Below are positions 27,102 to 35,806 of a stretch of 64,000 bases of DNA, one piece after another. This stretch comes from a virus (lineage: Duplodnaviria > Caudoviricetes): IMG/VR virus record IMGVR_UViG_3300028903_000001, positions 32,001 to 96,000 of that record. The stretch is one strand, 5' to 3'. Below the pieces are notes generated by a model that was not told where the DNA came from, made no database searches, and was given only the letters and a program-made list of their open reading frames with translations. The translations under genes were made by a program, and so were the position numbers. Within the stretch, counting starts at the first letter, position 1. Each line of letters begins with the position of its first letter.

Positions 27102-28600
27102 TCCTCTACCGTGCGCCTGCGGCTCTTGTTCCAGTCGAGAAGCGCCGCGATGCCGTATACCGCCACGCCTCCCATCGCGATGACCATCAGAGCGGTCAAT
27201 GCAGACTCTGCGGTCTTAGCTAGCTTGCTAAACGGGCTCACCTCTTCCTTCTTGACATCGATCTCTGCCTTGTCTCTCGCCTGGCTACTGAGTTCGCTTT
27301 GAATCCTGAGCGCTTCCTTGGTAGCTTCTTCTCGACTCATGCCCCCAGCTACAAGCTTTTCGGTCTGCTCAGTGACAAAGTCCTGAGCCCTCCTCATCGA
27401 CGCCTTGTCGAGGTGCGCCTTCACGACGTCGCAAACCTCTTTGACCGATAGGTACTGAATGACGGAACCGATGATGACTGCGCCGACGACGAGCCCGACA
27501 TATGCCGCACCCATCGTTCCTGGAGGCGTTATCGTGGTATCCTCGATGACGAATCGCTTCGTCGCTTCGTCAAAGCCTACCCTGGGCTCACCCGGCTTGC
27601 CTAGAATGAGAGAACTGGACTGATCGACGTCATAGGCCAGCCTGCGCTTGTCGGTCGCGCCGTCGTAGCCGTAGTTGATCATTTTGGGTATCCACTTCTC
27701 CATATCACCGTAGTAGTCCTCGCTAGCCTGCGGCCAGGACTCGCTGATGATCGAATACCCCATCATCTCACAGGCCAGTTTGTACTGCCTGTGTTGGAAC
27801 CTCACGTCGTAAAACGAGTCGGCGAGATCCGAGGTGATGCGTTTGACCTGTTCCCTCATATATTCGTAGAACGACTCTGTGATTCCGGTTAGACCCGGCT
27901 CGGCTTGTCCCGCTAGCATTCCTCCCGGCCTGCCAACTCCAACGAATCTGCCCGTGTTGTCACTAGATCCCAAGCCCGACGGGACCCTAGCGGCATCGAC
28001 GACACCGTTTTTATCCGCCAAGACCTTACCTCCGGGAACCGCGATGAAGGTCTCCCGCGTCGGCTTGGAAGCGGTGCCGAATGGATCGCTTGTCGAGGGA
28101 TCGCACCTAACCCATACGCCCCGCTTCTCGTCTCTCACCGCCGCGAGAACATGCGTATGCTGGCGATGCGGCTCGTAGCTATGAGCGACGACGCAGCCTT
28201 CAATCCCCACGCTTTCAATCGCGGAAAGGAAGGCAACAACGAGACCGTCACAGTCTTCGCCCATGAACACGAGACCGTCGCAGCCCTCGAGCGTGCAAGC
28301 GGCGCTGGGGATGAATTCACCATCGATAGGGTCTTCGATGTAGGGACGCTCTTTTCGAAGACGTTCGAGGATAGCCTTTGCCTGAGCCATCTTGTCGGCC
28401 TGGAATCCACCCAGCCCGCCGCGAACAATGGTCTCCCTGGCCCAAGCCACGGTCTTTGGGTCCATGCGTCCCTTCTCGACGCGGTCCACGATTTCGGACA
28501 GGGAGACCCTGATCCCTTTTTCGCCCCTGGGGTGGGGGCGGCTCACGGTCTTGGGACCAGCGGTTCGGTTAGGTTGTTTTCGCGAGGGCTCGTTGCGCAT
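27098..28600 (-). CDS. Transglutaminase-like (Cys-His-Asp) protein with two C-terminal TM helices; candidate maturation protease
   Basis: GEDCDG (Cys), HTHVLA (His), WVRCDPS (Asp); hydrophobic helices YVGLVVGAVIIGSVIQYL and ALMVIAMGGVAVYGIAALL. Confidence 0.8.
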   Translation of the reverse strand: MRNEPSRKQPNRTAGPKTVSRPHPRGEKGIRVSLSEIVDRVEKGRMDPKTVAWARETIVRGGLGGFQADKMAQAKAILERLRKERPYIEDPIDGEFIPSAACTLEGCDGLVFMGEDCDGLVVAFLSAIESVGIEGCVVAHSYEPHRQHTHVLAAVRDEKRGVWVRCDPSTSDPFGTASKPTRETFIAVPGGKVLADKNGVVDAARVPSGLGSSDNTGRFVGVGRPGGMLAGQAEPGLTGITESFYEYMREQVKRITSDLADSFYDVRFQHRQYKLACEMMGYSIISESWPQASEDYYGDMEKWIPKMINYGYDGATDKRRLAYDVDQSSSLILGKPGEPRVGFDEATKRFVIEDTTITPPGTMGAAYVGLVVGAVIIGSVIQYLSVKEVCDVVKAHLDKASMRRAQDFVTEQTEKLVAGGMSREEATKEALRIQSELSSQARDKAEIDVKKEEVSPFSKLAKTAESALTALMVIAMGGVAVYGIAALLDWNKSRRRTVEE

Positions 28601-30803
28601 AGGCTATACCGTCCAGGAGGCTTTTCGATCCCCCCGACGATACGACGGGCTTTGCGCTAGGTCCATGTTGCGTAGGTACTTTTTTCTCCGTCCACGCCGG
28701 TTTACTGGGAGGCGACGGGCTCGAGACCGTGACGGGAACAGGGGCTGGGGGAGACGTGGCGACGGTGACAGCGTTCCCGCTCTGGAGCGCATCGACCGTG
28801 GACTGCGACGGCGCGAGCCGCCTCGAGAGCATGTCGATCTGTTGCGCCTGAAGCTGCTGGTTTTCCATGAGTTGCTGCTGCATCTGCTCAAACATGCGAT
28901 AGGTGTCCCGCATCTCTTCCTGTCTACGAGCATCTTTCACATGCTGCCTCAACTCACCAAGCGCCTTGATACCTGGCTCAATCCACGATTTGACATTGTC
29001 GGCGTTGAGAGCCATCATGGTGAAGAAATCGACAGCTTTACCGTCCTTGTCGGTCACGTACCGAAACGGTCCCATCTCAAATACCTTGAGCGGAGAGCCG
29101 TCTTCCGCCTTGGTCTCGGACTGGACCAAAGCCTGTTGTGGCGGCGGTTGCTGCATCCACTGAGGCATTTGAGGCGGGGGCGGAACGGGTGGGGATGATG
29201 GTGAGAGCTTTTCGAACATCTCTTTTAGCTCTGCCATCTGCTTCATCGTCTTTCGCATCTCGCTAAGCGAGTCCTTTGGCTCGGGCGGCGGCGGCTGCTG
29301 TTGTTGCTGTTGCGGCATCCCCATCTGAGCCCACTGCGCCATTTGCTGCTGCATCTGAATCTGCTGCTGCTGCGCCTCGGTGGCCTTCAGTCTCTCATCC
29401 ACCAATCTGGCGATTTCCTCCATGCTCATCATTTGAGGCTGCTGCATAGGCTGTTGCTGCATCGCGGCTTGAGCCTTAGCCTCCTCGAGTTGCTGCTTCA
29501 TGCTATGGAGCGACCCGTTGAGAGTTGACAGCATTTGCCAGACCTGGAACTGCTGCTGATACGAGGCTTGCGTACTTGCGCTTCTCATATCGTGGTTGTT
29601 CCGCTTCTGAAGCTTCTTGATCTGGCGGTTCAATCCCTTGATCGTCCCCTCTAGCTGAAGTATTCGATAGTCGGGTTGTGGCTGCTGCGGCTGGTATGGG
29701 TTGTGACCCATTCTACTGGGAGGAGGCGGCGGAATATCCTCGATGAATTCCTCCTCTTCCTCCTCGTCATCGTCGTCATCGTCAACTTGATCCTGCGGAG
29801 GCGGCGGCGGCTGCATCCACGGCATTTGCTGCGGCCATCCCGGCATTTGTGGCTGTGGCTGTGGCCATTGCGGCTGCCCCCATTGCTGCTGTGGCTGCTG
29901 CGGAGGCGACTGTTGAAGCTGTGGTTGGGCCCAACCCTGCTGCTGCGGTGAAAGCCATTCCTGCGGTGGATGCTGCCTTTGCGGTTGCGGCTCGCCCCAT
30001 TGCTGCTGCGGTTGCTGAACCTGCTGCGGAGGATCCTGCCATTGTTGGGCTCGAGGCTGCTGCTGCTGAGACCGAGACTGCTGCGGGTCCTGCCACTGCT
30101 GCTGCGGTTGCTGAGCCTGCTGCGGATCGGAGGGCAGGGGAACACCTCTGGCTTGTGCCTCGATTGTTTTCCACTCGATCCTTCGCTTTGGGTTGTCACC
30201 CAGTTTGAGATAGCAAACCGCAGCAATGCTTCTGCCGGTAGAGTACATGATGATCTTGTACTTCTGCGGAGTGCCGTCCCATTGATTGTTGCAGATATAC
30301 TCACTGAGCTTACCCCAGTTTGGAACCTGATGAAGCGGTATCACTCCAACATGGTGGGCCACCGGCTGCTCAAGTGAGATCTCAACCTCGGACGACGAGC
30401 CGAAAAGAGTCATGCACTTCTCGGAGCCATAGTTGTATTTGATGCCGTCTTGACCATGCCAGGGAACCCTGGCGTGATTCTTTCGCATCTCGATGACGCG
30501 GTTAGCGGTCTGATTCTGAAGCCTGGCTTCGTCGTCGAGACCGTTTAGAAGCTCTTGTCGCTCCTCGTCCTCAGTCATCGGTCTATCACGCTGGACGGGT
30601 GCGGATAGCTCCTGTCGCTGCGGCTCTTCGTCGTAGCTATCCAACTCCTCATCTTCATCTTCATCTTCATCCTCATCCTCGTTTTCCTCCACGAGGATTT
30701 CCTCTTCCCTCTTCTTTCTCGCCCTACCCGCTACGGCTGGCTTATTCCTCGGTCGTCCCCTTCGCTTCATACCCGCCAGTGATTGATTCTGCTTTCGAGC
30801 CAT
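28569..30803 (-). CDS. Gln/Pro-rich, acidic low-complexity protein
   Basis: 744 aa; poly-D/E tracts, repeated QQQW(Q/G)xP units, coiled-coil; AGGAG RBS. Confidence 0.75.
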   Translation of the reverse strand: MARKQNQSLAGMKRRGRPRNKPAVAGRARKKREEEILVEENEDEDEDEDEDEELDSYDEEPQRQELSAPVQRDRPMTEDEERQELLNGLDDEARLQNQTANRVIEMRKNHARVPWHGQDGIKYNYGSEKCMTLFGSSSEVEISLEQPVAHHVGVIPLHQVPNWGKLSEYICNNQWDGTPQKYKIIMYSTGRSIAAVCYLKLGDNPKRRIEWKTIEAQARGVPLPSDPQQAQQPQQQWQDPQQSRSQQQQPRAQQWQDPPQQVQQPQQQWGEPQPQRQHPPQEWLSPQQQGWAQPQLQQSPPQQPQQQWGQPQWPQPQPQMPGWPQQMPWMQPPPPPQDQVDDDDDDEEEEEEFIEDIPPPPPSRMGHNPYQPQQPQPDYRILQLEGTIKGLNRQIKKLQKRNNHDMRSASTQASYQQQFQVWQMLSTLNGSLHSMKQQLEEAKAQAAMQQQPMQQPQMMSMEEIARLVDERLKATEAQQQQIQMQQQMAQWAQMGMPQQQQQQPPPPEPKDSLSEMRKTMKQMAELKEMFEKLSPSSPPVPPPPQMPQWMQQPPPQQALVQSETKAEDGSPLKVFEMGPFRYVTDKDGKAVDFFTMMALNADNVKSWIEPGIKALGELRQHVKDARRQEEMRDTYRMFEQMQQQLMENQQLQAQQIDMLSRRLAPSQSTVDALQSGNAVTVATSPPAPVPVTVSSPSPPSKPAWTEKKVPTQHGPSAKPVVSSGGSKSLLDGIAYAQRALAKTT

Positions 30804-30815
30804 ATCGTCTCCTAA

Positions 30816-31148
30816 TTAGGGGATTGGGGGAGCGGGGACAACTACGCCTTCCAAGACGGTCCCAGGTAGACGTGTCGAGAAAGCCGACTTGAAAGCACCG
30901 AGAAGTGACTGGTACTTCAAGTCGTCGGTAGGGTTGGCCGCATCGAATTCTGCCGTGAGCGTGACCCGGATCGTCCTGAGAATCTGCCCTGGTACCAACT
31001 CGCTCGTCGCGTCGGCAGCCAGGGTGAAGTCCAAAGCTCTCTCACTCAGGATATCCACAATGGGTACAGCCGCGACTTTCGCCAAAGCGGTGGCGGTTTT
31101 CATCGGAGTTCCTGAGAAAGTGAATATGATTCTGTATTCAGCGTCCAT
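30816..31148 (-). CDS. Hypothetical protein
   Basis: 110 aa, operon-coupled. Confidence 0.6.
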   Translation of the reverse strand: MDAEYRIIFTFSGTPMKTATALAKVAAVPIVDILSERALDFTLAADATSELVPGQILRTIRVTLTAEFDAANPTDDLKYQSLLGAFKSAFSTRLPGTVLEGVVVPAPPIP

Positions 31149-31150
31149 GT

Positions 31151-31504
31151 CTATTCCCTTTGGTCCTTGTTCAGATGTCCCATAATTGCGTCAATGGCAC
31201 CCTTGCCGAGAGCCGCACCGAGTCTGCCGAAGCCCTTTTCCGCCGCATCGTTTGCGGCAACCGAGCCGATTTCCTGCGCCGCTGCGGTGGCAAAGCCCGC
31301 CGGAAGTCCGCTTGGTGCGATATCCTGCTCGGAAAGCTCTGGGAGCCAGTGCGCAGCCTCCCACTCGATGCTCCAGCCGCCTTCCTGGTCGAGTGAGCCT
31401 CGAGCGACAAAGACGACGTCGGCAAGCGGTGAGCCACGACGCTTCGATTTACGCAAAGCCTTCAAGGCTGCCGTTGGCGATATCTTTGCTTTTTGACTCG
31501 ACAC
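31151..31504 (-). CDS. Hypothetical protein
   Basis: 117 aa, GTG start with AGGAG upstream, amphipathic C-terminal helix. Confidence 0.55.
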   Translation of the reverse strand: MSSQKAKISPTAALKALRKSKRRGSPLADVVFVARGSLDQEGGWSIEWEAAHWLPELSEQDIAPSGLPAGFATAAAQEIGSVAANDAAEKGFGRLGAALGKGAIDAIMGHLNKDQRE

Positions 31505-31719
31505 GCTTCTTGCTCCTTGTATAGCTCTCGCATCTTGGACGAGTCCTCGTCCATGTACCGTCGCCTAATAGCCATCTCGATCACTGCGGATCTCGTGAGC
31601 CCTCCATTGATTGCGCAAAGCATGTCCAGCATTCGCTCAGCCGCTACGCTTATACGAATCTGGATCTTCGACTTTGACTTCCTTGGCTTGGCGAATAGCT
31701 CATCACTGAGATTCGACAT
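31462..31719 (-). CDS. Ribbon-helix-helix DNA-binding protein
   Basis: KIQIRIS (strand)-VAAERMLDMLC (helix)-GLTRSAVIEMAIRR (helix), CopG/Arc-like. Confidence 0.7.
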   Translation of the reverse strand: MSNLSDELFAKPRKSKSKIQIRISVAAERMLDMLCAINGGLTRSAVIEMAIRRRYMDEDSSKMRELYKEQEACRVKKQRYRQRQP

Positions 31720-32188
31720 CTGTCGCCTCTTGTTGGCTATCCGAATCTACGGCTTGCTCCTCGAGTTCATTTTGCATGATGAGGTATTCAAACCGCATGT
31801 CGTCCGTGATGGGGATCTTTGCGAGAAACGCGATCTTGTCGATATGCGCCTGCCATGCCTGTTCGCAGTATTTCTTCTGTGCCATATATCCGACCATTTC
31901 CTGCTCGTATTGCTGGTAGGCGATGGCGAAGTCTTCCCTGCTACCGAACTGAGTCAGAGTCGGCTCTTCCGGCTCACTGGGAGGCCCCTTCTCGCCCGAA
32001 TCCTTGTCGGGTAGGCAGATGAACCTGACGAATTGCGTCACATCCTGCTCCTCGCCCTCTCCGGTAATCTCCTCGACAAGCTCGATGGCTGCGATTAGGA
32101 ATGGCTCGACGGTATATCCGGGTGGGACCGGGAGGTGTTGACCGATCGCGTAGACAGAGTTGGGAGTTACGATTCGAACTAGCTGCAT
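31703..32188 (-). CDS. Acidic hypothetical protein
   Basis: Probable start MQLVRIVTP with AAGGA RBS; first gene of the leftward virion transcript. Confidence 0.6.
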   Translation of the reverse strand: MQLVRIVTPNSVYAIGQHLPVPPGYTVEPFLIAAIELVEEITGEGEEQDVTQFVRFICLPDKDSGEKGPPSEPEEPTLTQFGSREDFAIAYQQYEQEMVGYMAQKKYCEQAWQAHIDKIAFLAKIPITDDMRFEYLIMQNELEEQAVDSDSQQEATDVESQ

Positions 32189-32235
32189 GCTACAATTCCT
32201 TTCCGTTGGGACGCCCGCGAGCATCTCCCGCGAAA

Positions 32236-32311
32236 TGTCCGTCCGCAATGTTGCCGGTGGCACTTTTTGTCCGACCGGCGTACGATTGTTGTCCGACCGA
32301 CCTACCGGCGT
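32236..32311. promoter_or_regulatory. Short direct repeats in a divergent intergenic region
   Basis: TTGTCCGACCG at 32267 and 32289 (22-bp spacing), variant TGTCCGTCCG at 32236, ACCGGCGT twice. Confidence 0.35.
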
Positions 32312-32343
32312 CAGATAGTGCCGGGCAGCTACGTCTGGAGAGC

Positions 32344-32616
32344 ATGACCATGCAACAACCCCCCGCCGACCCGAGCCGCAGACCGGCGGCTCTCGACATG
32401 TTCGCCGTCCTCGACCTTCTCACGGTCGAGGCTTACGTCGCCGGGATGGCGGGCGGGGACAGGGCCGCGCCCGGCGTCGAGGTGTGTCGGGCCGTCGTCG
32501 AGGCGATGTTGACCGGGAACAACGACCCGGTCTGGGTCGCCGATACCGCTGCGGCCCATATCGACCATCCAGCGGCGTATCGCGCCGCTGAAGCTATTAG
32601 GAGCATCCTGCGATGA
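32344..32616 (+). CDS. Hypothetical protein
   Basis: GGAG RBS before ATG 32344; ATGA overlap with the next gene. Confidence 0.55.
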   Translation: MTMQQPPADPSRRPAALDMFAVLDLLTVEAYVAGMAGGDRAAPGVEVCRAVVEAMLTGNNDPVWVADTAAAHIDHPAAYRAAEAIRSILR

Positions 32617-34334
32617 ACACCTTCTCCTCCTCCATTCTTAACGAGTATGGGGTCGAGCCGACCGTTGCCGGGGCTCGGGCCTGGGCCAGGATCGGCTCAG
32701 CCGAGCGCAGGCCGATACGGTCTGCCGGGGCCTACGTCGGCGTTTGCCGAGCCATGTCCCCCAGCGCTCGCCACATCGATGGGCGACTCATAGCGGCGGG
32801 ATTCGACCACGTCCCTCCCCTCGAATGGGTCAGGGGCGAGACCGGCATGCCGCCCCGCCGCCTCGAGGATTTTGTCAATTTCTGGGCCCGGACACAGACC
32901 AGACCCGACACAGTGGGGTCCTCGTATAACGCCACACCCGAGGTGGCGTTTTCGTTGTGGCAGGGCAGGCACTGGACCTTCGCCTTGGCCGTGCCCTCTG
33001 AGCACTGGTCGAGAGCGCTGCGGCCCGACGGCTCGCTGCGACGGCGCTGGAGCCGAAACTGCGTAGAGATTGGCCGAGCGCTCAGGCGATGCTCAGCCTC
33101 GACGTCGACGTGCGGCTTGCCGATTTCGGCTCGAGCCGCTGCGGCACTGGGTCGGCTGTGTCCCGAGATGCAGCACGCCGCGCTCCAGGGCGTGGTGAAC
33201 AGGGTTGAGGCTAGGGTCTCTGGTCAGCCCTGCTCGTCCGGCGGCACTGCCTGCGGCCCGCTGCCGCTGCGTGGGCGCTGGATGGGTATGCCCTGGGAGC
33301 CGATGTGTCGCAGCGATACGGGCCAATACCTCAGGCATGTCGGTGAGGAACGGTATGTCGTCTCGCACCCCTGCCTCGACTGGCCCGAGACGTGCCGGGG
33401 GACGGGCGCGGACCGTCTCGAGCCGGTTAGCGGTTTCTGCGGCAGAGTCGTCCGCATTCGCGATCTCGACTGGGCCGCAGCACAGCGAGTCCAGTCTATC
33501 GTCTCTCTCGGAGACAGAGCCAGGCTTCGCATGGTCTATGACCGCCCGAGGCGATTCGAGCGGCTCCTCGACAACCTGGCCCAGGATCGGAGCAACAGGG
33601 TCGCGTTCCTGGCCCCCGCCTATCCCCGAGTGGATTACGACACGGCTCTGCACCTGTTTTTGGGCATGAGCCCGGTCGAGCTTAGCGGCTGCGTCCTATC
33701 GCGTCGCGAGGCCCATGAGTGGCTGCTCGACGGTGGCAGGGTCAGCCCGATCGCGTGGATCGTGCGAAACCTCCCCGACCTGCCCGCGATCCGTTCTGCG
33801 AATATCGCCAGGTGGCTCGTCGATCTGCATCGCAGAGGCGGCTGGGGCGGGCTCACTCGGACCCGCGTCACCTATGGCCCGGCAGAGGCTAGGCTCGAGT
33901 TTCGCATGATCGACCGGATCGACGAGATCCAGGACGTGGACCTCGTACGCGGAGTCTCTACCTCGGTCGACGATGCGTTTCGGCACGCCTCGGAGCGACT
34001 CGGTGCGGCGTGGCTCGAGACCGCTGCCGGGGACCATCGCGTGCTCGCGTACCCACCCGCACGCTGGAGGCTCTACCCCTGCATGCGTGCGCTGGTGACG
34101 CAAGCCATGCTGGCGAGGGAGGGGCAGGAAATGGGCCACTGCGTGGGTGGCTATAGCTACGCCGTCGAGCGGGGACAGAGCGTGATTCTGGCCCTCAACG
34201 TGGCGGGTCACCGCAGCACTGCCGAGGTGGCACCGGAGGGCAGGGTGATTCAGCACAGGGCCATGCACAACGGCGAGCCTCACACGCTGTGCCAGACCGT
34301 GCTGAATCGATTCATCGAGAGGAGGATCGCATGA
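32613..34334 (+). CDS. PcfJ-domain protein
   Basis: C-terminal LAREGQEMGHCVGGY...GQSVILAL...RSTAEV...VIQHRAMHN is the PcfJ-like signature. Confidence 0.8.
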   Translation: MNTFSSSILNEYGVEPTVAGARAWARIGSAERRPIRSAGAYVGVCRAMSPSARHIDGRLIAAGFDHVPPLEWVRGETGMPPRRLEDFVNFWARTQTRPDTVGSSYNATPEVAFSLWQGRHWTFALAVPSEHWSRALRPDGSLRRRWSRNCVEIGRALRRCSASTSTCGLPISARAAAALGRLCPEMQHAALQGVVNRVEARVSGQPCSSGGTACGPLPLRGRWMGMPWEPMCRSDTGQYLRHVGEERYVVSHPCLDWPETCRGTGADRLEPVSGFCGRVVRIRDLDWAAAQRVQSIVSLGDRARLRMVYDRPRRFERLLDNLAQDRSNRVAFLAPAYPRVDYDTALHLFLGMSPVELSGCVLSRREAHEWLLDGGRVSPIAWIVRNLPDLPAIRSANIARWLVDLHRRGGWGGLTRTRVTYGPAEARLEFRMIDRIDEIQDVDLVRGVSTSVDDAFRHASERLGAAWLETAAGDHRVLAYPPARWRLYPCMRALVTQAMLAREGQEMGHCVGGYSYAVERGQSVILALNVAGHRSTAEVAPEGRVIQHRAMHNGEPHTLCQTVLNRFIERRIA

Positions 34335-34391
34335 TTCTGATCACATTTATCCTTCTGCACCTTCTACTCCTGTTCTTCGCCCACCCCTACT

Positions 34392-34832
34392 ATGGAGAGC
34401 ACGATGATCAATAAGTCGCTTCGAATGCTGGCACGGTGTCCAGGCGTCGTCGCGGAGCGAATTCTTGAGCGTGCGAAGGCGGCAGAATCGCCAGACTCAT
34501 ACATTATTGCTTCCGTCACCGAACTCGAGACGTGGGACCGCGAGTGCCGCGCGAAGGCGCTGGAGGTCCTGTCCCGGCACAACTCGGTTCACAGCATCAC
34601 GCTGGCGCTATGGATCGAGGACGGCTCGTCGGGGACCGAATTCGCTCGCAAGGAGCGAATATCTAGGGACTGCCTCTACCAGCGAAAGCTGCGGGCAAGG
34701 CTCGAGATACTCGACCAACTCGACTCGAGGACCGCTGCGTGGCTCTACAGTTACGGGCACCAGCGGTACTCGATCCAGCGAGGTGAGACGATGCGACGTA
34801 AGACCGCCTGCGCGCCCCGCAGGGCGGCATGA
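34392..34832 (+). CDS. Protein with sigma-70 region-4-like HTH
   Basis: LWIEDGSSGTEFARKERISRDCLYQRKLRARLEI resembles the ECF sigma r4 helix-turn-helix; no region 2 seen. Confidence 0.45.
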   Translation: MESTMINKSLRMLARCPGVVAERILERAKAAESPDSYIIASVTELETWDRECRAKALEVLSRHNSVHSITLALWIEDGSSGTEFARKERISRDCLYQRKLRARLEILDQLDSRTAAWLYSYGHQRYSIQRGETMRRKTACAPRRAA

Positions 34833-35037
34833 CTAGTCGTTAGGTGGCTCACACAGCCCGTCTAGGTCTCGCTTCGTTTCTATCGCGACGGAGTTGGATG
34901 AATTCGGTCTCTCTCTCACGTCTTTGGTTAGTGGTTGAACGATTCGTAAGCCCTTGTAACTGATCAGGAGTGGCTTACCCGGATCGTATTTGCCGACGTA
35001 TCCCTTCGACTCCTCAACAGGATCTGTATCGCTGGGC

Positions 35038-35805
35038 TTAATCATCGATCCCCCAAGCCGCAACCTGCTCAAGCGCCATGGAGGCGTCGTCAGGGTCGAA
35101 TCCGAATCGAATCGCCGCCTCGTACCACTCGCTCTCGCCCCAGTCGCTGGTCGCCCTCCCGCTCGCCTTCACGCTGAAAATGAACTGATCGAACCTGGCC
35201 TCCTCGTCGAGCCCATCGACGGGATTGGACCTGGGAGTTTTAGAAATGAAACGGTCGGCCAGGGTGAGCAGGGACGAGGACTTCTTGGTGGGGTTCTTTT
35301 TACTTCTACGTACGGGATTGTGCTTCATAGCTCTGTCTTTCCTCTCAAGCCCAACAGTGTCGTCAAGGTTGGCCCAGTCGAGCTTTGCTCCCGATAGATC
35401 TGCGCCGGTAAGATTTGCTCCTCTAAGATCTGCGGACTCTAGACTAGAGTCAACAAGGATTGCCCCGGACAGGTTAGCTTCTCCAAAATACGCACCGTCG
35501 AGATTGGCCCCTCTGAAGCTAGCCTTCGATGCATTGGCTCGAAACAGATCTGTTTCGTTAAGGATCGCGTTATCGAACCTAGCCCCGGATAGATTCGTGT
35601 CCTCGAAATCTGCGCCGGATAGATTGGAGCCTTCGAAGTTGGCCCCGGACAGGTTCGACTCGGCAAAGTCGGCATTGGACAGGTTGACACCGGATAGATT
35701 CGCTTTTGACAAGTTGAGCTTGCCTAGGCTCGCCCTCTCGCCACGCTTTCCTTCAAGCCACAGAGCGTGAAGCCTGAGAATCTCTTTCAACTCGTTTTTC
35801 GTCAT
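35038..35805 (-). CDS. Pentapeptide-repeat protein with Asn-Pro-marked C-terminal extension
   Basis: ELKEILRLHALWLEG.RGERA N-cap, about 24 A(N/D)LSG-type repeats, then MKHNPVRRSKKNP...PRSNP. Confidence 0.85.
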   Translation of the reverse strand: MTKNELKEILRLHALWLEGKRGERASLGKLNLSKANLSGVNLSNADFAESNLSGANFEGSNLSGADFEDTNLSGARFDNAILNETDLFRANASKASFRGANLDGAYFGEANLSGAILVDSSLESADLRGANLTGADLSGAKLDWANLDDTVGLERKDRAMKHNPVRRSKKNPTKKSSSLLTLADRFISKTPRSNPVDGLDEEARFDQFIFSVKASGRATSDWGESEWYEAAIRFGFDPDDASMALEQVAAWGIDD

Positions 35806-35806
35806 A

